Of a stretch of DNA of 64,000 bases, positions 57,402 to 64,000 are shown piece after piece (position 1 is the stretch's first letter; each line of letters opens with the position of its first letter). The DNA is from a virus, in IMG/VR virus record IMGVR_UViG_3300030049_000007; one strand, written 5' to 3'. The translations under genes were made by a program, and so were the position numbers. Under the pieces are notes generated by a model. The model was not told where the DNA came from. It saw only the letters and a list, made by a program, of their open reading frames with translations, and searched no databases.

Positions 57402-58618
57402 AAATATTGATCCACTAACTGATCTTGAATTTCTTCTTCTAATTCTTCTACATCTTCTTCAGTTAACTTAATTGAATTAAATTTAGTATATTGAGAATTG
57501 GTTGCAATTTTAGCAATCTTCTTTTGAACATCTTCAGATAAGTTAAATTTCTTCACAATCTTCTTAACTTTAGTATTTGACATATTTAATTGTTCAAAGA
57601 TTGCACCTTCAGGAACTTCAGCTTCTTTTAAAATATCAATTAATTTTAATGTATCTTCAAATTCGATTTTATCATAACTTTGGGGACCATATTGCTCATC
57701 CTTAAATTTAATTGGACTATTATTATCAATCCAAAGTTTTAAAATCTCTTCCATATTTTTAATGCGAATAGAAGCTAGTTTATAAGCTCCAAATAATTTA
57801 ACTGCATCTTCTTCAGTATTAATTTGTTCAATCTTAGCAAAAGCATTTTTATATGCAGGACAAGTAGCTCGACTTTCGCAAAGAATACAATGTCCCCCAG
57901 CACTAGGTTCTGGAGGATTTTCTTGACTAAGAAGATTATTAAGAGCTTCAATCTCTTCAACAATCATTGGAGCGAGAGTATCTAATTCTTCTCGATAAAT
58001 ATCAAAATAATCTGAAATGAATCCATAACGAATAAAGTTAAATCTAAACTTAATTACATTCAATTCAGGATATTTCATCAAAAGAAGCAATGAGTAAATC
58101 TTACGCTGCAAAGATTTACTCATATAATCTTTAGTATAAATAGTTCTTACACTTTTATAATCATCAACATAACCAATATCACCGTCAGCATAAAAAAGAT
58201 CCACACCACCAGAAAGATATGGATTAGGATCTTCGGTAATATTTAAATCTTTATCAATTGCATATCGTGCTTCAATATCAATAAGTTCAAATTCTTTCAG
58301 AGCAGACCAGTTAAAATTAGTCTTAATATTATCTAAAATTAAAAGAGCTTCTGCAATTTGATCTTCTTGAAGTACATTAAGATATTTATATTTAATTTTA
58401 TCAAATTCAGTATAATCAGTATCAACTTTATTCTTAATACAATATTTTCCATATTCTTCTAATACATCATGAAGAACGGTTCCTAACTTTGCAAATTTAT
58501 TTTTATAACCGGGAAGCTTGAGACGATAAGTATTATAGCACCACAAGCGACATTGATGCATTGCATTAATAGCCGAATACCTAGCTCCGATTACTGCCAG
58601 ATTCGAGTTGTTTGCCAT
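57398..58618 (-). CDS. PD-(D/E)XK (RecB/Cas4-like) nuclease
   Basis: C...GT.LH..LE, E, G.VD, DYKS, C..C.....C. Confidence 0.85.
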   Translation of the reverse strand: MANNSNLAVIGARYSAINAMHQCRLWCYNTYRLKLPGYKNKFAKLGTVLHDVLEEYGKYCIKNKVDTDYTEFDKIKYKYLNVLQEDQIAEALLILDNIKTNFNWSALKEFELIDIEARYAIDKDLNITEDPNPYLSGGVDLFYADGDIGYVDDYKSVRTIYTKDYMSKSLQRKIYSLLLLMKYPELNVIKFRFNFIRYGFISDYFDIYREELDTLAPMIVEEIEALNNLLSQENPPEPSAGGHCILCESRATCPAYKNAFAKIEQINTEEDAVKLFGAYKLASIRIKNMEEILKLWIDNNSPIKFKDEQYGPQSYDKIEFEDTLKLIDILKEAEVPEGAIFEQLNMSNTKVKKIVKKFNLSEDVQKKIAKIATNSQYTKFNSIKLTEEDVEELEEEIQDQLVDQYL

Positions 58619-59324
58619 TTAAATATTGCTCCACGACAGACTTCAGACCAATGATATCAAATTTATTCAGATAAAAGAATATCACAATAGCTTCTTCAAA
58701 ATTATAATCTACATGGTTATGGCACTCTAAACGAGCTATTCTCGTATAGGTGCCATATTTAGATCTTAATTTATTAACCTGTACAGTTAATCTTTTTTCT
58801 AAAGCTAATAGCTCATTAGATGGATAATGAGATTTATAACAAGTGGTAGTCTCATCTACCATAAAGAATCCGGGATATTCCTGAGACATTCTTTCTAAGC
58901 AATACTCTTCATCACAATCATAATCCGCATTTACAGCATCGATAAGATGCTGGTTTTTACTAAATCTATGAATCCAATCTAATTTTTCTTTTTTATAGAT
59001 TAATTCTATATCTTCTTCAAGATCCATTTTTTCAATTATATTATATTGAGGAAATGGATCTTCTAATTCTATATCTTCTTGATATTCTTCTAATACTACT
59101 TTTTCTTTTTTAACTTTAGGTTTAACTTCTACATAAATTAAAGTATCACAATAACATATAACTTTACCTTTATGTATACTATAAGATGGATTTACTAAAT
59201 TTGAAATAAGTATTCTTTCAGGTACCTTTAATGGAGTAATTTTTCGAAATACAATACTACATTCTTTAAAGGCTATATTATTGCATTTTATTTTTAGATT
59301 ATTGAAGGCAATGAATTTAGCCAT
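58581..59324 (-). CDS. Hypothetical protein
   Basis: ORF in the operon. Confidence 0.55.
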   Translation of the reverse strand: MAKFIAFNNLKIKCNNIAFKECSIVFRKITPLKVPERILISNLVNPSYSIHKGKVICYCDTLIYVEVKPKVKKEKVVLEEYQEDIELEDPFPQYNIIEKMDLEEDIELIYKKEKLDWIHRFSKNQHLIDAVNADYDCDEEYCLERMSQEYPGFFMVDETTTCYKSHYPSNELLALEKRLTVQVNKLRSKYGTYTRIARLECHNHVDYNFEEAIVIFFYLNKFDIIGLKSVVEQYLNGKQLESGSNRS

Positions 59325-59340
59325 AATAATTTATCTTTCT

Positions 59341-60240
59341 CTAAAAAGAAAATTCATCAGAATCTTCAGTAATTGCTTCTTTAGGTTCATCTACAATTTC
59401 AACATCGATTGGCTTTTCACTCTTTGTAGTAGGTGGAATTTCATCATTAGAACCATCATAAGCTTCCTTTTCAGCAGCCGTAGAAAGTTCTTTCATAACC
59501 TCCTTATTTGGAAGCGCACCCATAGAAAGATGCTTTGCTTGAGCCTCCATTAAAGTTCCGATTGTGGTTCCAGCACCTTCTGCAATCTCATTATAACTAA
59601 ATGGAATCTCAAGTTCTACAGTAGGAACATTTGTGTTCTTACCACCTACACTTACCTGAACCATTACAACATGCAATCTTACTTTAAGACCAAAGAGAGT
59701 TTTACGAATTGCATAGATGTTTTGTAATGCATCGTTGATTTTGCCTATAGTCATGATGGAATGAGTGGTAAATTTAATAATTCCACCAGAGATTTTCATT
59801 TCTGGGATTATTACACTTAGCACTCCAGTTGGTTTGCAAGTATTAATGATTCCTTTATTTGTTTTAGTTAATCGAAACTCACAAGTTTTATAATTACATT
59901 CAATTTCTTTCTTATTTCCATCAGAATCAGTCCTAATTGCAGTTTCGCCATTACCACGACAATTGCATGTTGTCCCAGGATAGTTGAAAAAATCCGTGTA
60001 GAAAACTTCTTCAGGATGATGATCAATCAATACGACATCGACTAGCTTAGGCTCAATTGTACCATATTTCGCTTTGAAATATTCTTCTAATTTCTTAAAT
60101 CTTGGAGCAGTTTTAGTTTTTGGATCAAATGGATGCGTAATAATAAAATGATCTAATTTGATTGGGTAGTTTTTCTCTGCATGTCTCTCGCCTATAGCCA
60201 AACGAGCTTGGATGGTATGTTGATATATGTTAAGAGTCAA
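59341..60240 (-). CDS. Recombination-directionality-factor-like (Gp3-like) protein, putative annealing/SSB function
   Basis: P.KLD.F, C.G.GE.A, C...C...CKP.G.L, TT.S motifs; acidic tail ending in F. Confidence 0.6.
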   Translation of the reverse strand: MTLNIYQHTIQARLAIGERHAEKNYPIKLDHFIITHPFDPKTKTAPRFKKLEEYFKAKYGTIEPKLVDVVLIDHHPEEVFYTDFFNYPGTTCNCRGNGETAIRTDSDGNKKEIECNYKTCEFRLTKTNKGIINTCKPTGVLSVIIPEMKISGGIIKFTTHSIMTIGKINDALQNIYAIRKTLFGLKVRLHVVMVQVSVGGKNTNVPTVELEIPFSYNEIAEGAGTTIGTLMEAQAKHLSMGALPNKEVMKELSTAAEKEAYDGSNDEIPPTTKSEKPIDVEIVDEPKEAITEDSDEFSF

Positions 60241-60241
60241 T

Positions 60242-60673
60242 CTATTCTCCTTCTATGATTAGTTGATTTATATAACTTTCTAGATTTTTATATTCAGTAT
60301 AAGGAATTATTAACAATCTAATATCTCTTTCAGCACAATATTGTTCCTTAAGATCATCGCGTTTTAACTGAGCATTAAAGGCTTCTATAGTTTTATAAAA
60401 AGTATTAGGATAAATATAATGATAATTTTGACATATTTCAATATTAGTTCTCTTGCTTAATCCAAGTTTCGTATGAGCGCATTTATCACACCAGCTATGC
60501 ATATTTCTAATAGAATGTAAATTAGCTTGCCATTTATGACCTTCTTTACATCTCCAAGACATTTTACTAATAGCATCTTTATATTCTGTAGAATCACAAA
60601 ATCCATTATTTGCTTTTGCGGCTTTTTGACAATCCAATAAAGTTAATTTTTTACTCATTTCTCTAATAACCAC
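60242..60673 (-). CDS. Internally deleted zinc-ribbon/very-short-patch-type homing endonuclease remnant
   Basis: W.C..GH.W......WC..C joined directly to RD..K..YC....I.L..IPY; the catalytic core appears to be missing. Confidence 0.5.
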   Translation of the reverse strand: MVIREMSKKLTLLDCQKAAKANNGFCDSTEYKDAISKMSWRCKEGHKWQANLHSIRNMHSWCDKCAHTKLGLSKRTNIEICQNYHYIYPNTFYKTIEAFNAQLKRDDLKEQYCAERDIRLLIIPYTEYKNLESYINQLIIEGE

Positions 60674-62262
60674 CTTAAAGAAGTCTGTCTGGATTTCTGT
60701 TTATTTTGTATCGCTTCTTGTAGGACATTTTCTGATGGAGCTATAATAAGAATTTTATTTTTAGCTCTTGTAATAGCTGTATAAATTAAATTTCTATTCA
60801 AAATACTGCTCTCATTCACAAATAGAACAACTTTATTATACTCTGAGCCCTGTGATTTGTGAACCGTAATCGCATAAGATAATTCAAGCTGCCATAATAA
60901 AGAATGTGAATATTCAATAATTTTATCTTTATATTCAACTCTAATTATACTTAAATTACTATTAATAATTACACCACATTCTCCATTAGATATACCCAAA
61001 TCTTTATTATTTTTTACATGAATAACATGATCTCCGGTATGAAATCCATCAATCTTACTAGGATTTAAAATGTTCTGAGCTATCTTATTTATGATAGTCG
61101 AACCTTTTTCCTTAAGCACAGAAAGATACTGGGCATCACGCCATTCTGGGTGTTGGCAAATTTTAGATGCTATTCTTTCTAGATCCCATCTTTTAGGAAA
61201 ATAAGATAATACCTGATGGTCACTTCCGTAGACGAGATTATTACCAGCGTGAATATTATGTGCTGACTTAATGATCGATCCAGGTGATTGCCTCATGATT
61301 ATATCTAAATGGTAACTCAATCCGATCCTTGAGTCAAGAACACACTTAAGAACCTCACCTGGACCAATTGAAGGCAACTGATTTGGATCTCCGACAAGCA
61401 AAAGACAACATCCTTCACCTATTCCATTAGAAACCCATCCTGCAATCTCAGCATCAAGCATCGATGTTTCATCAATAATAACAATCTTATTTTCAATAAT
61501 ATTAACATAACCATTAGGATTAAAGAAAAAACTATGTAGAGTAGATGCGGGTATTCCACATAGTTCAGACATTCGAGAGGCCGCCTTACCAGTAGGAGCT
61601 AGTAAAACTACATTGTCAGAGCCGAAAGATTCGACTATTGCTCTAACCGTTGTAGTTTTACCAGTTCCCGGTAAGCCAGTTAAAATTACAAGTTTATTAT
61701 ACTCAAGTGCATCAACGACGTTCTTTTGGTCATTATTTAATTCTTCATATAAAAATGAATAGTCTTTCCTAAATCCTGTAAAATAACCATTTTGTTTTGC
61801 CAAGTTCTTTAACAACTCTGCAAAACTTCTCTCAGAATTATAATATTTCGAAAGAAAGTAATTGCCTTTATCGCTTACAAAAAGCAGTCCCTCATTTTGT
61901 AATGAATTGATTGCTTTTTGTTTTACATAGTCTGTGAAGTTGCAGCTTTTAATAAATGAATTTATTTGCCATTCTTTTCCATAAGTATGTCCCTGACTAG
62001 CAATACGATCGAGAGCAGCTTGTAAATAAGTTTTACCTTTTTCTACTTCATCATCTATATGAAATTTTTCTGCAAGTTGTTCACATAGCTTTAAACTAAA
62101 TCCATTTTCAATATTATAGAGACACCATGGATTCATTTTAACTAATATTAACATTCTTTCTAATTGAAGTTCGTCATAATTATCTAAAACATATAGTGGA
62201 ATTCCTAATTCTCGAAGTTGTAATTGATAATTAAATAACTTAGTCTTTAATGCTGCAATCAT
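60655..62262 (-). CDS. RecD2-like SF1B helicase
   Basis: GLPGTGKTT, APTGKAA, IDE.SM, GD..QL, YAITVHKSQGSEY, YTAITRAK. Confidence 0.92.
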   Translation of the reverse strand: MIAALKTKLFNYQLQLRELGIPLYVLDNYDELQLERMLILVKMNPWCLYNIENGFSLKLCEQLAEKFHIDDEVEKGKTYLQAALDRIASQGHTYGKEWQINSFIKSCNFTDYVKQKAINSLQNEGLLFVSDKGNYFLSKYYNSERSFAELLKNLAKQNGYFTGFRKDYSFLYEELNNDQKNVVDALEYNKLVILTGLPGTGKTTTVRAIVESFGSDNVVLLAPTGKAASRMSELCGIPASTLHSFFFNPNGYVNIIENKIVIIDETSMLDAEIAGWVSNGIGEGCCLLLVGDPNQLPSIGPGEVLKCVLDSRIGLSYHLDIIMRQSPGSIIKSAHNIHAGNNLVYGSDHQVLSYFPKRWDLERIASKICQHPEWRDAQYLSVLKEKGSTIINKIAQNILNPSKIDGFHTGDHVIHVKNNKDLGISNGECGVIINSNLSIIRVEYKDKIIEYSHSLLWQLELSYAITVHKSQGSEYNKVVLFVNESSILNRNLIYTAITRAKNKILIIAPSENVLQEAIQNKQKSRQTSLRWLLEK

Positions 62263-62417
62263 TAGTCTTTCTTAGTTCTATTTGATCCTTGATTAGATTG
62301 TAGAGGATTTTCCAAGATTCTTTATCTAGATCAGCGTTTGATATAAGTTTTTCACATTTTTTACAACCTTCTATATTGATAGCAAGTCTTCCTATTTCTT
62401 TCCAATCATACATTTTA

Positions 62418-63101
62418 CTAAAGTCCTAAATCCTTATACTTCTTAGCTGCTTCCATAACTCTCATAGGATAAGCAAGATTAGGAACTCCAACTCGCTTAT
62501 CCTTTTTACCGTAAAGTTCATCCGTGTTCTCCTTTCCCCAGAAGTAAGAATGTAAAGTCATAGTCCAATCATCAATCTTTTCCATACCCGCTTCTATATG
62601 TCCAGCATGAAGATCTGTAAGAATAGAAATACCAATAATCGAATTCACAATAGGATCATATAGAATATTGGGATTATATTCAATACGTTCATTTCGTAAA
62701 TAAGGACGAGCATATTGAGGGAGAATTTGCATTAATCCCTTAGCATTACAACTAGAAGTAATAGAAGTGGTCCATTGACTTTCCACTTCAATCAATCCAC
62801 AAATCATAGATAATTGAATATTCCTAAGATAACATAAATCATAAATAGTATCTCGCAGTTTTACTTTCTGCTCTACAGGAATATTCATATTAGAATCAAT
62901 AACTTTCAATAATACATTCTTGCGATTACTTTCAGTATAATTAGCAAGAACCAATTGATTATTCTTATCGATCCTTTCCATTTTATTATATAGTTTCAGG
63001 CCGCCAAATACCGCTGTCCCAGCAATGGCCAGTACGATTATCGTATTAGAAATATATGGAATAAGATGATTACCAATATTAATTATTTTCTGATCAGTCA
63101 T
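62418..63101 (-). CDS. Membrane-anchored lytic transglycosylase (SLT domain)
   Basis: N-terminal TM; IEVES, GLMQI, N...G motifs. Confidence 0.8.
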   Translation of the reverse strand: MTDQKIINIGNHLIPYISNTIIVLAIAGTAVFGGLKLYNKMERIDKNNQLVLANYTESNRKNVLLKVIDSNMNIPVEQKVKLRDTIYDLCYLRNIQLSMICGLIEVESQWTTSITSSCNAKGLMQILPQYARPYLRNERIEYNPNILYDPIVNSIIGISILTDLHAGHIEAGMEKIDDWTMTLHSYFWGKENTDELYGKKDKRVGVPNLAYPMRVMEAAKKYKDLGL

Positions 63102-63127
63102 TCACTATCCTCCTTAACCTTAATAAA

Positions 63128-63159
63128 TGACTGCCCTTCAGAAAGTAAAGGGCAGTCAC
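63128..63159 (-). terminator. Terminator-like hairpin
   Basis: TGACTGCCCTT...AAGGGCAGTCA. Confidence 0.55.
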
Positions 63160-63245
63160 TAAAACGGTTATCATAAATAATTACGGATCCGCCGGGAGAG
63201 CGCATCCAAACTTTTCCTTCTTTTTTGAATACTACGTATTCAAAA

Positions 63246-63998
63246 CTACCTGTCTTCTCCATTACAACTCTCCAATTTAAATTTGTTCATATTAAAAATA
63301 TTTAAGTTAGGAATTTTTAATTGACCAAGATCACCAACATAAGAACCGAAATACTGTATTACATTACTTTCGGCTGCATAGAAAGTAATATACTTCTCCA
63401 ATTCATTCTTATCAATAATCTCCATGCGATCTAATGTGAATAGATTGCAATTTGTAAACATATCTTTAAGAATAGCGGTGCAGATTCGGAGCTTCATACT
63501 GTCTGCTAATCTACGAATCGGCAAACCCTGAAAGAATAGGCCATCCTTAGATAATGATATTCCCTTTAATCCTATTGTCAACCTTCCAGGGATTACCTCT
63601 TTCAATAACTTATTCAGTTTCTCAAGAGAAAGATTTAATTCCTCTTGACGCTTTCTAGCTTCATCAACTCCTGTGATAGTTCCAATATCTTTAGCTAACC
63701 TAGCCTTATATAATTCATCTTTCATCTGAACTAACTTGGCTTCAGTTTCAGTAATATCAATTGGATCTGCTTCGAAAATCTCAAGTTCCTTCAAAATACT
63801 TTCAGCTCTATCAAGTTCAAGTTGTTTTCGCTTTAAGTCTTTGGCAGTTTCAATATCTTGCTTAAGCTTTTCAGATTTAGTTTTTAATTCAGTAACATTA
63901 GTAAATTTAATTTTACCATTATCAGTTAAAGTCTTTTCGGACTTTTCAAGCTTTTGTTTATAAGGTTTCATATCTGTAGTGCATTTAATCAATCCACT
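63246..63998 (-). CDS. C-terminal part of an SMC/SbcC-like coiled-coil ATPase; 5' partial
   Basis: Coiled coil followed by degenerate signature (LADSMKL) and Walker B-like (FTLDRME); frame open to the window end. Confidence 0.55.
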   Translation of the reverse strand, partial: SGLIKCTTDMKPYKQKLEKSEKTLTDNGKIKFTNVTELKTKSEKLKQDIETAKDLKRKQLELDRAESILKELEIFEADPIDITETEAKLVQMKDELYKARLAKDIGTITGVDEARKRQEELNLSLEKLNKLLKEVIPGRLTIGLKGISLSKDGLFFQGLPIRRLADSMKLRICTAILKDMFTNCNLFTLDRMEIIDKNELEKYITFYAAESNVIQYFGSYVGDLGQLKIPNLNIFNMNKFKLESCNGEDR

Positions 63999-64000
63999 GA

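Noticed and set aside
1-64000. Stop-codon reassignment or a CRISPR array
   Set aside because: Genes are full length in code 11 using all three stops, no suppressor tRNA is present, and no regularly spaced direct repeats were seen

Overview
A 64 kb, AT-rich segment of a large tailed phage genome, most likely a jumbo myovirus. The standard genetic code fits the genes throughout. 1-16.4 kb (+): virion decoration, fibre and tailspike genes with an M15 endolysin. 16.9-24.3 kb (-): 14 CCA-ending tRNAs mixed with HNH genes and about 2.5 kb of structured non-coding sequence. One tRNA carries a group I intron and three are non-canonical. 24.3-38 kb (+): a sigma70-like factor, baseplate genes, glycine-zipper proteins and a single-chain fused beta-beta' RNA polymerase. 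38-40.6 kb: a class II ribonucleotide reductase split over two genes, with a mini-intein. 40.7-64 kb (mostly -): early and DNA-metabolism genes (ligase, ThyX-like, RNase H, DnaQ-like, clamp-like, PD-(D/E)XK nuclease, RecD2, SLT), plus a TnpB-only IS200/IS605 element inserted in a Tad2/DUF2829-like gene. The best leads are: (i) a shared N-terminal M-x-[LI]-[IV]-K-L-A leader on six otherwise unrelated late proteins, with internal K-x-A sites in others, suggesting a capsid-targeting/processing system; (ii) a duplicated RNA motif with compensatory base changes, and a promoter-defined 138-nt RNA, inside the tRNA array; (iii) a phage transcription module of fused RNAP, sigma and a thrice-repeated promoter motif. 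All calls were made by eye from sequence motifs; no database searches were run.
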